A stretch of 64,000 nucleotides of DNA from a virus (lineage: Duplodnaviria > Caudoviricetes). Numbering within the stretch: the first letter of the stretch is position 1; the number at the start of each line of letters is the position of its first letter. The notes under the pieces were generated by a model. That model saw nothing but the letters and a program-made list of their open reading frames with translations. It had not been told where the DNA came from and made no database searches. Positions 53,350 to 63,995 of this stretch are shown piece after piece. The translations under genes and the position numbers were made by a program. The DNA lies in IMG/VR virus record IMGVR_UViG_3300037067_027602, positions 1 through 64,000 of that record; one strand, given 5' to 3'.

Positions 53350-56300
53350 CAGAAATCGTCCCCCCAATCAAAATATTTGACAGCCGGATCGTAGACGAAC
53401 GCGCCCGGAGACGCGTCCGCCCCCAAGCTGGCGGCATTGGACGATCCCACCCAATCAGAGCTCAGACTATACACCCTCTGGGACGTGTGCGCAAATGAAA
53501 TCCTGAAAAGGGCGTCCTGGGGGCGCTCCAGGGCTTTGTAGGCCGCGGACACGTAACCGTTGTCGAGGACGGTGAACGAACGGACGGAAGGGTTTCTCCA
53601 ATCCCCGGATATGCCCGTCACGTCTCCGGACAGCGCCAGCGCCGGGTTGCTGGAGACGAGAGTCCATCCTCCCCCGCGCAGGACGGCGGTGAAAATACGG
53701 TCGTCCCCGTCGACGGACCTGTTATAATAGACCCTTGTGGCGGGGTCTCCTCCGTCCGAGTCCGCCAGCGCGCTCAAGTTATACACCCCTGACGCCAACA
53801 TGGACTCCGCGCCCCATCCGGAGGCGGAGGCGTCCCTGACGAAAGTGGCGGGGGACGAGCCCGAGTATCCGGTGTAATAAAGTTTCCCCCCGAACATGCA
53901 TGGCGAGGTGAGATCCATCCCTCCGCCAAACCCGGCATCCAGCGTCGACGAGAATACCTCACCGTCCAGGGACTCGGCGAACGACAGCACGGACAATCCC
54001 CCGGACGCCCTCGCGAAACACATCGTCGCCACCGACCCCGACACGCTGACCCATGGTGAATACCCTGCCGGCAGCCCTGACACCTGCACCGGATCCCCCC
54101 ACGAGGAGGCGTCCTCCGACCACGAGACATGGATGGCGTTCAACCCGTCCTTGACGGCGGAGAACCACATCCCCCATCGGCTTCCGAATTTGGCCACGCA
54201 CGGCGAATGGGCCGCCGAGATCCCGAATTTTTCCTGGAGCGACTCATACCTCCCCATCGGCAAAGCCAGAGACCTCTCCCCGGCCCTGGAAGGGGACATC
54301 GCCCTGGCGTGGAGCAATGTCGGCTCCCCCCTTGACCCGGTCTTGGAGTACCACATGAAATATTCCATCCCGGAAGTTTTCACGACCGACGGCCTCGACC
54401 TGGATCTGGACAACGGCGTCCACACGTCCAACTCGTCCTCGTGCCCGGATGGGGGGTCGGTCGGCCATTCGACCGCCGCCTCATCGTACAAATACGCCCC
54501 GGACGAGGAGACGCGGAACTCCAGCTTTGACATGTTGAACGTCCCGGCCCCTTTCGGCGCCCAAAGAGCGAAATACACGGACAGCGACGATCCTGACATA
54601 GCCCTGGAGAGGATCTCGGGGGACGCGGACGAAAAGTCGTCCGCGGTCACCAGGTTGTATGACCTTGCACGCCACAGATATTCTCCGGCGTACGACCCGC
54701 CAAACGGGGGGAGGTCGCCGGAGGCTTCCCCGGGCAGGGCCGCCATCGGTATTGTCAACGTCGTGTAAATCCTCTCCTTTTGCGCTTCCTCCCCCTCGGC
54801 TTCGGCGTCGCCCCCGGTGTCCATGACCTCCCCCGCCCATAGATAGGAGTTGTTGTCGACGACGGACTCCACCGTCCCCGACGGGACGGAATAGGAGGTG
54901 ATGGTGGTGTCGTCGGAATGTATCCTCGAACCGGACTTGTCAAACAGCAAAGTCCGGAACGGCTCCCCCGAGGCGGACGCGAAACCCGGGTCAGGGTCCA
55001 GCTGGAATTCGCAGTAAACCTGGCATCTGGGATCATAGAGCCCGCTCGCCCCGCTCAGCACCCGGTAATCGAAAACTCCCCCTTCCGGGGAATTGCCGTT
55101 GAACCCATTGCAATAGAAACCCTGGTCTATGAGCCTCTCCCTCGCCGCCGACAGGGCGTCCAGCCTCATGTCGACATACGCCGGGAGGCCGTCTATCATC
55201 CCGGACAGCTCCTGCTCCATGTCCATCAACCTGTCGCGCCTGGTGACCCCCGGGATGACCGCCGCCGACATCCACCCCTCGTACCCCGCGCCGTCGGCCA
55301 CATTTCCGGATGCGTCGAGGAACGCGAAAAGGCCGGAGGGGGGCGGATACGACTTGAACTCCTCTATCCTGGACATCGACAGGTCGATTCCTCCGGGATA
55401 TCTGACAGGGGCCGCCAGGACGGAGGTCTCTCCGGTGTCGGGGTTGTAGTGGTAATATTGAGTCTTGCCGGAAAGCGACACGACCCCGTCGTCGCCGGTT
55501 TTCCAGGCGGGGTTGTAGTCGGCCGAGAACGACAGCCTGGGGGGCGACATCCCGTCGACTATCTTGGACGGGACTATCTCTATCGCCACGCGGCATGACT
55601 GCGTGGGGGACGATATGTAGCCTTTCGCCGCCCACACCAGCTTGTGGACGCCGCCTTGCGCCGAAGGGGACGTCCTGGAGTCCAGATGGTCGGTGTCGCC
55701 CATCACATCCCCCATGGACACCTGCAGGAAATCGCCCCCGACGCTGTACCACAAGCCCATGACGTTGTACATGTTGCCGTTGACGTCGTCTATCGAATAA
55801 GTTATGACCAATCTGCCAGTCCATGGCTCGTACTCGCACGAGATGACGTTGGGGGCGGCCGGAGCCCCTCCGCCGACCTTGAATTTCGAAGACCCCACCC
55901 AAGACGAGAACGTGTTGCTGGTCTTGTCATATTGGCGTATCCTCATCTTGTAGTCGAACCCCGGCTCCAAACCCTGCCTGCCGATGGTGTCCCAATAGTC
56001 GTAGAACGCCCCCTTGGTGGCGAGCCAGGCGTTCGCCCCCATGTCGAACGAGGCTCCGTCCAGGATGACGTCGACGTACTCCGTACTGGACCCGTCCTCC
56101 AGCAGCCTGCACACCTGGAGCTGCACGCTGGTCGTCGCCCCCATGGTCCCCCTCCAATGGAGCAGGTTGTATGAATCCCACTCCGGCTGGAGGTATGCCA
56201 TTCCAAGCTTCTGGACGTCGGCGCTCTTCCACACCCCGCCCCCCATCCTGTACAATCCCCTCTCCCAGCGGTTGGTCGGCTCCACGCGGTTGCAGAACCC

Positions 56301-58220
56301 GGGAGCCTCGGAGGGCGAATATCCAGGGACGTATTCGGTCATGCCATGCCCGATTTCCCCGACGGCCGGGGAGACATGGTCGCCAAAGCCCACGGATTCC
56401 CCCAAAACGCCTTGGAAAGGGGCGGCGTGGGGGTCTTCCACAGCGGTCTCCGTCTTGACCGCCATATGCCCGGCGGCGTCGAACCTCGGATTGACCCCCC
56501 CCGACGCCGACGGGCAATCCTCCTGGACGGTCCTGCCGGAAGCGTCCCCGACCGCTTCCCATGACGCGGAGTTCCTTTTTGAGTCGTACATGAACAACGT
56601 CTGCCTGGAGGATATTTGGCCGCCGAACGGGGGGGCGGACCTCCTTCCCCTGGACAACGGGGCCAGCCATCTCTCCAGCGGCTCATATCGCGACAAGCCA
56701 TACGCCAAGACGGGAAGCCTCTCACCGCCGCCGTCGACATAAACGTCCTCGAACCTCTCCCCGCTGCAAACCGGGCACATAACCCTTCCGGACGCCGCCA
56801 CCCACCCCTTGCCGGAGCAGGTCGAGCAGACTTTCTTGTCCGAGAGGATGACGTCCATAAAACGGATCGCCGCCTTTCCAGGCGAGGACATGTCGTCCTG
56901 CCCGGCCACGGCGATGTCCCCGGAAAGAGACCATCTCAGGGGGAGGGAGGCATAGTCGGGATCGCCGGGGTCCAAATCTTCGGCCGCCGCCCCGTCCATC
57001 CCATAGGCAGTTCTGTTCAATGGCAACATCGTCCCCCTAGGGGCGACGAGATAGTCATAGGCGGAGTTTACCCATCCGAACTGACCCCTGTCCTCGCCCT
57101 CGAAATAAATCGAATGGGACGCCTGCGCCCCGGCGACGGGGAAATGCCCCCCGTCGTGGGAGCTCCTGGAGGCGGCAGTGGCGCAAGACACCGGAAACTG
57201 CGGCTCGTCGGCGTCGGTCTCCGTCCTGATGGCCATCCTGCCGAAAAAAGGATATGTGTCGTCCACGGCCCCGAAGCCTCCCGGATCGGCGCCCACCGAC
57301 GAGTTGTCCAAAAAGCCGATGTCGATGTAGTCCTCGTCCGTGGATCCGGACGCGTCGGTGGCCATGACGAACAGCACGCACCCACCGGACGTCAAAGGGA
57401 AATCCCTTCCACTTCTCCAGACGAGAGTCAACGTCCCGGGAGAGACCTTGCAAAGGGCCTGCAGCGTCGACCCCTGCTCCTTGTCCCCGCCGTCGACGGA
57501 ATATCTCAGGCTAAGGGAGACATCCCCTCCGTCCGCCACCTCCACGACGATCTCGACATCTCCGTAGGAGTTCCCCACCACCCTCGCGGAGACAATGCTG
57601 ACGGACGGCGGGGGATCGTCCAGGACACGCACGGCGTTGGTCACCGACCATGCCCCCAGGTCATATCCGTCGTAGGCCCGCACCCTCCAATAATAATGCC
57701 CGTCCTCCAGGTCGGGGAAAACGGCCCCGGGGGATGACGACCATCCATCGGCGACCATAAGCCCGGGGGAGGAGAACACCGGATCCCTGGACATCTGATA
57801 TTGGTAGGTGATCGTCTGCCCATCTGGGTCCACGACGTTCCCCCAGGACGCGGAGAACGCCCCCCCGACGGTCTCAAGCCCCGGGTCGTAGACAAAGGAT
57901 CTTGGCCCCGACGTTATCTCGAAGTCCCCCGATAAAGACTCCGACAAGGCAATTTCAACCGTGCATAGCCCCAGGAACGCCGCCGTGAACGGATTCCCCA
58001 CGGGATATTGGAAAAATTTATCCGTGGACGCCCTAGCCCCGGACTGGTAAAGCCCCCCGCCCTCCACTCCGACAATCCTCACGGAGCTGCGTCTTTGGGA
58101 GAAACCATCGGGCGGGCTCCATGAGAACACGGGCGTCGACGAGTCCGTGGGGGCGGGAAGCGCGAACGCCAGCCCGTCGCCCGCCACGGACACCACGAAA
58201 TTTAAAATATCGGAAGGCAT
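53349..58220 (-). CDS. Large multidomain putative virion protein (FN3/Ig-like, CxxCxG Zn motif, beta-propeller-like)
   Basis: YYWRVRAYDG, CSTCSGKG...CPVCSG, PSVVK..YFMWYS and PCVAK..WGMWFS repeats. Confidence 0.75.
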   Translation of the reverse strand: MPSDILNFVVSVAGDGLAFALPAPTDSSTPVFSWSPPDGFSQRRSSVRIVGVEGGGLYQSGARASTDKFFQYPVGNPFTAAFLGLCTVEIALSESLSGDFEITSGPRSFVYDPGLETVGGAFSASWGNVVDPDGQTITYQYQMSRDPVFSSPGLMVADGWSSSPGAVFPDLEDGHYYWRVRAYDGYDLGAWSVTNAVRVLDDPPPSVSIVSARVVGNSYGDVEIVVEVADGGDVSLSLRYSVDGGDKEQGSTLQALCKVSPGTLTLVWRSGRDFPLTSGGCVLFVMATDASGSTDEDYIDIGFLDNSSVGADPGGFGAVDDTYPFFGRMAIRTETDADEPQFPVSCATAASRSSHDGGHFPVAGAQASHSIYFEGEDRGQFGWVNSAYDYLVAPRGTMLPLNRTAYGMDGAAAEDLDPGDPDYASLPLRWSLSGDIAVAGQDDMSSPGKAAIRFMDVILSDKKVCSTCSGKGWVAASGRVMCPVCSGERFEDVYVDGGGERLPVLAYGLSRYEPLERWLAPLSRGRRSAPPFGGQISSRQTLFMYDSKRNSASWEAVGDASGRTVQEDCPSASGGVNPRFDAAGHMAVKTETAVEDPHAAPFQGVLGESVGFGDHVSPAVGEIGHGMTEYVPGYSPSEAPGFCNRVEPTNRWERGLYRMGGGVWKSADVQKLGMAYLQPEWDSYNLLHWRGTMGATTSVQLQVCRLLEDGSSTEYVDVILDGASFDMGANAWLATKGAFYDYWDTIGRQGLEPGFDYKMRIRQYDKTSNTFSSWVGSSKFKVGGGAPAAPNVISCEYEPWTGRLVITYSIDDVNGNMYNVMGLWYSVGGDFLQVSMGDVMGDTDHLDSRTSPSAQGGVHKLVWAAKGYISSPTQSCRVAIEIVPSKIVDGMSPPRLSFSADYNPAWKTGDDGVVSLSGKTQYYHYNPDTGETSVLAAPVRYPGGIDLSMSRIEEFKSYPPPSGLFAFLDASGNVADGAGYEGWMSAAVIPGVTRRDRLMDMEQELSGMIDGLPAYVDMRLDALSAARERLIDQGFYCNGFNGNSPEGGVFDYRVLSGASGLYDPRCQVYCEFQLDPDPGFASASGEPFRTLLFDKSGSRIHSDDTTITSYSVPSGTVESVVDNNSYLWAGEVMDTGGDAEAEGEEAQKERIYTTLTIPMAALPGEASGDLPPFGGSYAGEYLWRARSYNLVTADDFSSASPEILSRAMSGSSLSVYFALWAPKGAGTFNMSKLEFRVSSSGAYLYDEAAVEWPTDPPSGHEDELDVWTPLSRSRSRPSVVKTSGMEYFMWYSKTGSRGEPTLLHARAMSPSRAGERSLALPMGRYESLQEKFGISAAHSPCVAKFGSRWGMWFSAVKDGLNAIHVSWSEDASSWGDPVQVSGLPAGYSPWVSVSGSVATMCFARASGGLSVLSFAESLDGEVFSSTLDAGFGGGMDLTSPCMFGGKLYYTGYSGSSPATFVRDASASGWGAESMLASGVYNLSALADSDGGDPATRVYYNRSVDGDDRIFTAVLRGGGWTLVSSNPALALSGDVTGISGDWRNPSVRSFTVLDNGYVSAAYKALERPQDALFRISFAHTSQRVYSLSSDWVGSSNAASLGADASPGAFVYDPAVKYFDWGDDF

Positions 58221-58234
58221 CGGCCACCCCTAGT

Positions 58235-61003
58235 TCAAACGGACAGGTCATAATACTTTCCGGATATTTTCCCGCTAAACGCTTTTTTTCCGGCGGTTGT
58301 CGACGGATAGCTGTTGCCCCCAAGGTCAAGACACCAGAAACACCTGCCGAAGCAAACTCCTCTCGGAGGAAGCACGAAGCCGAAGACCTTGTTTTTCCAA
58401 ACAGATATTGCGGACGACGCCTCCGATTTCACCGGGGTGGCGTTGAAAGTGTAATATTGCCTCATCTCGACGGCCGAGCGGCTATGGGTCTCGGCCGCGG
58501 TGCCGGTCTGGATGTCCCATGGGCGGTTGACGTCCACCACCTGGTCCACCGTTCCATCCCCGTCGTTGTCGTAGCCGCGGGCGACCATCTCGAACTTGCC
58601 GTTCTCCAAAATCGCCTCGCCCTCGTTCACGAACTTGATGTCTCCCCAGGTGAAATCCGGATACACCGTCGTGTTGTCGGCGACAATCAAAGAATTGCGG
58701 AACTCGAGCTGGCCGCGGCCGTCGTTGGACAGCCGGGTGTAGGTGTGGCGGTAATAGTCGGCTTGGACTCTTGACCCGGACGGGGTGTAATAGAACTCGT
58801 CCAAACCATATCCCGCCCCGTTCTCGAACTCGACGATCCCCCTGTCCTTGTCCCAGGTGTGGTGCGAGTCGACGACGCCGCTCGGGGATCCCGGGGTCCA
58901 TACGAGGGAATCGTCGAAGGGGGCCCCGCTGGGGGCGGCGCGGAGAACGGGGTCGAGGTAGTCGACGAAATCGTCGTCCCCCGCCAAGTACATCCTGGTC
59001 CTGTCCCCGCTGGACAAATCCTCCTCCTTGATGTAATGGGAGTAGTCGGCGGTGACCTCCCCGGACGGCGGGACGGCGAACACCACCCTGCCATCGTCCA
59101 GGGAATAGGAGACGTCGGCGTCGTAGTAGTCGTAGACCATCCTCACCGTGCCGTTGTAGCCCGCCCCGTTTGGGTAGCGGTGCAGCCAAAGCTCCCCGTT
59201 GACGTTGTCCATGTCGTAGTTGGAGAAGACCGTCTCGTGCTTCGGGCCCGACTTCAGGCGGAAACCGCTCATCGAGCTGCTGGCGTCCGTGTAGAGGATC
59301 AGGCATATCTTGGCGCAGTCCTTTATCGCCTCCGCCACGAAACCTCCGTTCACGTCCGCCCCCACGAGATACCCTCCCGTAAGCTCCAGGACCTGCGACC
59401 CCGAACCCGTGAAGGCCATTATCTCCACGAGTTTGGAGGAGTCGTCCAACTCGTACGCCGTGGATCCGTCGGAGGACACCACGGCTTTAAGGGCCCCCGC
59501 CGCGGTGGCGTCATAGACGACGAGGACGTCCCCGGTGTGCGGGGAGCACTTGTTGTACGGCGGGCCGTAGGATCCGCTGTCGAGTCGGAAATGCTCGAAC
59601 TCCAGCTCTATGTCGCCGTATCCGGTGTTGTCGATCACCCATGAGCGGACGTTGCCCGCGTGCGAGCTCTCGAGGTTGGAGTAGTTCTTGGTCCCGTCTG
59701 TTGTCCAGGCGATGATCCGCGGACGCCCCTCCGTGTCATATGACAACGCCCCGGCGCTGACGGCCGGGGCGTCGTTGTACTCGTTCGAGACCCCGGCCAT
59801 CGCCGACCCCGCGACGGCGTCGAAATCGCCGTTGGCGTCCACCGGAAACGAATGGGACGCCGGATAGAAGACGTCTTTCCATTTGCGGATGTACTCCGAG
59901 GACGACGTCTCCGAGGATGGCACCGTTATCTCGGCGTTGGCCGAGGTGACCATGAAAACTTGGTGGGCGTACGACGACGACTCGGGGACGAGGTTTTTCT
60001 GCGCGGTTTGGAGAACTTTGGTGTTCAACCTGATGGAGGAGGTGACCGAAGACGTGTTGCCGGCAGCGTCCCTGGCCTCCATCGTGACGGGCACGTCGTC
60101 GTCGAAACCATAGTCGTCGCCCGGAAGTACCCCGGAGACGCTGCTGGACAGGACATCCCCGCCGCTGGTGTATTGGAACCAGCCGCTGGCGCTGACCGAG
60201 TCCAACCCGGTTATCCTCACCTCCAGATCGAGGGCGTCCGAGGCGTAGAAAGACACCACCGCCGACCGGTCGGGGACGAAGCCGCTGGAGGTTGGGACCA
60301 TCCCCGTGTAGGGGAGCCCGGCGCCGGCCGCCCCCTCCACGCCCAGCACCAGGCTGGCGGGCGGCGTCGTGTGCATTACCGTGGAGTCGACGTAGGCCTG
60401 GCTGACGTTGAAATAGGCGTCCCTGACCCTCGCCCGCAAAGTCTTCGTCCCCTCGGCGGCCGAGGCGAACGATACGGACATCGTGCCGCTGGCGGACAAA
60501 GCCGCCCAGGCGGACGGGAAGGACAGGCTCTCCGTGGTCTGGTAATGGGTCGCCTCCCCCGAGCACGAGGGGGCGATGGTCTGCGAAACTCCGTTTATGT
60601 AGGCCGGAAGGGAAAATGACAAGGAGGGTTTCTCCGTCCTCGCCAGGAAGGCCCCCGATTGCACGTAGGCTGACTCCCCGGAAGCGGAGTCCATCAATTT
60701 CAGCCTGAGAAAAACGTCCCCGTCGAAACCGGGCAAATCGGCGTCCACGTCCCAGAAAAGCTGCGCCGACCTGCCCGGCGCGGTGGAGTAGCTGCTGATG
60801 GCGGTCCCCGGGGTGGACGGCATCAGCGTCGCTTCGGTCCAATCCCCGGACGCAGAAGCCTGGCAATATTGGAAGCCGGACGCCGGCACATGGCAGACCA
60901 GGAGCGTGTCCTGAACGACCTTGAAGTCCGCCTGGACGAATGGGATCAAGTTGACGGAGTCGCCCGCCAGGACGGCCGTGAAATTATTTATGGTGATGGC
61001 CAT
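58235..61003 (-). CDS. Large putative virion protein with Ig-like and CUB-like domains
   Basis: EGTKTL.ARVRDAYFNVS, ARDAAGNTS, IELEFEHFRLD...DVLVVYD...YTDASSSMSGF. Confidence 0.75.
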   Translation of the reverse strand: MAITINNFTAVLAGDSVNLIPFVQADFKVVQDTLLVCHVPASGFQYCQASASGDWTEATLMPSTPGTAISSYSTAPGRSAQLFWDVDADLPGFDGDVFLRLKLMDSASGESAYVQSGAFLARTEKPSLSFSLPAYINGVSQTIAPSCSGEATHYQTTESLSFPSAWAALSASGTMSVSFASAAEGTKTLRARVRDAYFNVSQAYVDSTVMHTTPPASLVLGVEGAAGAGLPYTGMVPTSSGFVPDRSAVVSFYASDALDLEVRITGLDSVSASGWFQYTSGGDVLSSSVSGVLPGDDYGFDDDVPVTMEARDAAGNTSSVTSSIRLNTKVLQTAQKNLVPESSSYAHQVFMVTSANAEITVPSSETSSSEYIRKWKDVFYPASHSFPVDANGDFDAVAGSAMAGVSNEYNDAPAVSAGALSYDTEGRPRIIAWTTDGTKNYSNLESSHAGNVRSWVIDNTGYGDIELEFEHFRLDSGSYGPPYNKCSPHTGDVLVVYDATAAGALKAVVSSDGSTAYELDDSSKLVEIMAFTGSGSQVLELTGGYLVGADVNGGFVAEAIKDCAKICLILYTDASSSMSGFRLKSGPKHETVFSNYDMDNVNGELWLHRYPNGAGYNGTVRMVYDYYDADVSYSLDDGRVVFAVPPSGEVTADYSHYIKEEDLSSGDRTRMYLAGDDDFVDYLDPVLRAAPSGAPFDDSLVWTPGSPSGVVDSHHTWDKDRGIVEFENGAGYGLDEFYYTPSGSRVQADYYRHTYTRLSNDGRGQLEFRNSLIVADNTTVYPDFTWGDIKFVNEGEAILENGKFEMVARGYDNDGDGTVDQVVDVNRPWDIQTGTAAETHSRSAVEMRQYYTFNATPVKSEASSAISVWKNKVFGFVLPPRGVCFGRCFWCLDLGGNSYPSTTAGKKAFSGKISGKYYDLSV

Positions 61004-61005
61004 GG

Positions 61006-62130
61006 TCAGACGCCTTTCAAGGTCAAATTGTCATATGGGGTTATCGTCCTCGCGACCGGCGTCAGCTCCCCGCCGGCGTAGATGTTCCTCACGGTGGTCT
61101 CGTCGTCCCTGCCAACCCATCTCGCCCCATGGGACAACGGGTGCCTGGGATCGGGGGAGGCGGCGTAGGCGACGCCCCATTCGCCGGAGGCGACCGGCTC
61201 CAGGGTTTGCCCCGTGACGTTGGACACCCCCGCCAGATGCGCGTAGCTGGCCCTCACGGGGGTGGAGGCCGAGTCCACCCCGGAGGCGAACAGCACCATC
61301 CCCATGCGGCAGTCCAGCTGGTATTCCGCCTCCTCGACATAGTGCGGTATCTCCCCCTGGACTATGGGGACCCCCGTGGACTCGTCTATGGTGTCGTCCC
61401 CGGCGTAGTCGTGCATCCCGCGGAACACGTCGGGACCCATATACATGTGCCCCCCGGCCCTCCCTTTCGTGTTTGGCAAAACCCAGAGATCGTGCTCGGC
61501 GATGAACGTCTTCGACCATGGGGACAGTTTCCAGAATTCCATGGACACCTCCCCCGACGGCGCGGAGGACAGGGCCACAAGGCCGGACGCCCCCACCGTC
61601 GAATACCCGGAGGGGAACAGCTCCAGGGAACCGTCCAAAACCACGGGTTGGAAAGACCTGTTGCCCCCGTCGTAGAAACCCGAGCACGACGCCGCCCAAT
61701 ACAGGGATGACGCCGCCCCCTCCTTCCAATACCTCACCCCGCACCCGGACGGGGCGGCCGCGGTGAACATCACCCCGCTCGGGGTCGCCTGGTAGCCGCT
61801 GGACGCCACCATGGATCCGCCCCCGTCGTAGACGGAGGGGTTGAACGGGGAGACGCCGTTCACGAACATGTCCGTGGCGGCCGTCTCCGGGGTTAGCCAC
61901 GGCCATGTGCCCTCGAGGAGGGAGTCGACGTATCCAAAAGCCACGTCCACGGCCTTCAGCGTCTCCGTGATCAACCCGGACACCCCGGTCATCTGGTAGG
62001 CGTCGTCCGGCGACTGCGGTTTGTCCACCACGGGCAGGAGCTCGTCGAAAAGCGTCTGCTGGATGTCGGCGTCCTCGGAGGCGACATAGCCAACGGGGAG
62101 CTCATAAAGCTTTATTTTTGGTGCGCCCAT
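61006..62130 (-). CDS. Putative virion structural protein
   Basis: EYQLDCRMGMVLF...VRASY beta-rich module; SG-rich. Confidence 0.7.
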   Translation of the reverse strand: MGAPKIKLYELPVGYVASEDADIQQTLFDELLPVVDKPQSPDDAYQMTGVSGLITETLKAVDVAFGYVDSLLEGTWPWLTPETAATDMFVNGVSPFNPSVYDGGGSMVASSGYQATPSGVMFTAAAPSGCGVRYWKEGAASSLYWAASCSGFYDGGNRSFQPVVLDGSLELFPSGYSTVGASGLVALSSAPSGEVSMEFWKLSPWSKTFIAEHDLWVLPNTKGRAGGHMYMGPDVFRGMHDYAGDDTIDESTGVPIVQGEIPHYVEEAEYQLDCRMGMVLFASGVDSASTPVRASYAHLAGVSNVTGQTLEPVASGEWGVAYAASPDPRHPLSHGARWVGRDDETTVRNIYAGGELTPVARTITPYDNLTLKGV

Positions 62131-62153
62131 AAAAAATCCGTCCTTTTGAATAT

Positions 62154-63995
62154 TTACGCCAGGGGAACTCCCTCGTCGCGCTCTTTCATGAACACATACA
62201 CCTGCGGCGTCGAGAAGCACACCGCCTGTTTTCCGGTCTGCGACCCGCCGCCGGCGGAGACGTTTGAATATCCGAGCGCGAACCCGGTGCTTTTAAACCC
62301 GCCGGTGCGCTCATATGTGCTGACGACCGACATCGAGCCGTTCTCCGACACAAGCGTCCTGTCCCTCCTGGTCATCCTCTTGGCGTAGAGGTAGACGTCC
62401 CCGGACAGCATGGTCCCCGGCGGCCCCGTCACCTCCACCGTCCCGGACGCCGTCCCGGATATCAAGGTTTTCGGGACGTTGCCGGAGGCGTCGGGGATGC
62501 CGGCCATGATCTGGTCGGAGCCCCCGAACAACGCCGCCATGTCGCCCTCGTTCCACTTGGAGGCGCCAAGCTCATCACCCTTGATGTAGCCGATCGAGAA
62601 ATCTCCGTCCATCCTGGTCGTGTTGTAGCATGTCCACTGCAGCTTCCTCGCCGCCCCGTGGATGGGCAGGGACCAACCAGGATCCGGGAACGGGGACGGG
62701 GCGGCGGCCGGGATGCCCACCACGGCCGGTGGCGTCTCCCCCGCAGGCTCGCATCCGAGGATGTTGCAGACGGCGTCCCTTTCAACCACATAGGACGGGC
62801 CCGTCCCCACGGCGAAGGCGGTGGTCTCCACCGTGGTCCCGTTTCCGGTGAAATACCTCACCTCCAAGGAGACGGGGACGCTGTCCGGGTTTATGGCCCC
62901 GTCGATGTCCCAGATATTGGCGGGGGACGCCCCGGACCCGTAGACGGTCGGGAACTCCACGGAATTGGTCGCCCGGTCGTAGTAGCACGCCCCTCCGACG
63001 ATGCCCGTCCCGGACGCCGCCGGGCCCACTTGCCAGCGCAACCTCGTCTCGTCCCTGGTGCTGAGCAGATCCATCGGGATGGCGTAAGTCCCGTCGCTGC
63101 TCGCCCTCACCGAGGTTATTTTTGTCGGGCGGTCGCCCAGCTGGAACTTGTTGAGCCCGGTGTAGAACGGGAACAGCTCCGTCTCCCCTTCCGGGGTCAC
63201 CAGCACGTCCCCCGGCTCGGTCTCGTGGCCATACACCTCGAACCTTGAGCAATATGAAAGATATTTCGAGTTCTCCAACCTGGGCGACCCCGACGGGACG
63301 ACCGAGGGGAAATCGAACGCCGCCGAGAAAAACACTCCGCTCGCCGAGTTGGACAGCACCGGGACGCCGACCACGCCGTCCGAGGTCGGTATCTCCATGG
63401 ATCCACCATCCCAGTATCCAGGGACAAGCCCGGACGCCGGCATATATGACGAAACGGATGCCGGGAGCGACCCGGCTGGGATGTCTTTGTGGAACACCAT
63501 GGCCACCGGCTTTGAGCGGAACCGCACCATCCTGGCGAGCGGCACCACGAAATTTTTCCCCTCGTAGTCGGAAGCCGTGTTGACATCCCCGCCCTGGGCC
63601 CAGAACCCCGTGAAGAAATCGGGGAGCGAGCTTGCCTGGACAATTTTCAGAGCCTTGTCGGAACCGTATTCGGGGATGTTCCATTTCTTCGATCCGTCGT
63701 CCCACCCGACGGAGAACAAGTTCCTCCATTGCCCGTCCTCCGGCATATAGTCGACGCAAAACCCGTGATGGGCGTCCAGGCCGGATATCCCATGCCCCAC
63801 GCGGACGGCGGTGACAAAATGGTTCCTGTCGGGCTCGGGGCCGTAGAACGCCGTCTCTATGCCGTCCCCGGCTTCGTAGAACGCCCCGGACGCGGAGAGC
63901 AAAGACGACCCGCATTTCAGGCACTTCGTCCCGTATATCGTCGGGACGACCGTGGCCGAGGGGCTGGATTTGCACCATTGAATGTAAGTGGCCAC
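62154..63995 (-). CDS. Putative virion structural protein, probably starting beyond the window
   Basis: Open to the window edge; beta-rich, SG-rich. Confidence 0.7.
   Translation of the reverse strand: MATYIQWCKSSPSATVVPTIYGTKCLKCGSSLLSASGAFYEAGDGIETAFYGPEPDRNHFVTAVRVGHGISGLDAHHGFCVDYMPEDGQWRNLFSVGWDDGSKKWNIPEYGSDKALKIVQASSLPDFFTGFWAQGGDVNTASDYEGKNFVVPLARMVRFRSKPVAMVFHKDIPAGSLPASVSSYMPASGLVPGYWDGGSMEIPTSDGVVGVPVLSNSASGVFFSAAFDFPSVVPSGSPRLENSKYLSYCSRFEVYGHETEPGDVLVTPEGETELFPFYTGLNKFQLGDRPTKITSVRASSDGTYAIPMDLLSTRDETRLRWQVGPAASGTGIVGGACYYDRATNSVEFPTVYGSGASPANIWDIDGAINPDSVPVSLEVRYFTGNGTTVETTAFAVGTGPSYVVERDAVCNILGCEPAGETPPAVVGIPAAAPSPFPDPGWSLPIHGAARKLQWTCYNTTRMDGDFSIGYIKGDELGASKWNEGDMAALFGGSDQIMAGIPDASGNVPKTLISGTASGTVEVTGPPGTMLSGDVYLYAKRMTRRDRTLVSENGSMSVVSTYERTGGFKSTGFALGYSNVSAGGGSQTGKQAVCFSTPQVYVFMKERDEGVPLA

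Noticed and set aside
1092-63978. Numerous long antisense or alternate-frame ORFs (e.g. 1092..2231, 7709..8803, 19983..21158, 25493..26902, 62782..63978)
   Set aside because: Shadow ORFs expected from high GC3; they overlap motif-supported genes and are Arg/Gly/Pro-rich.
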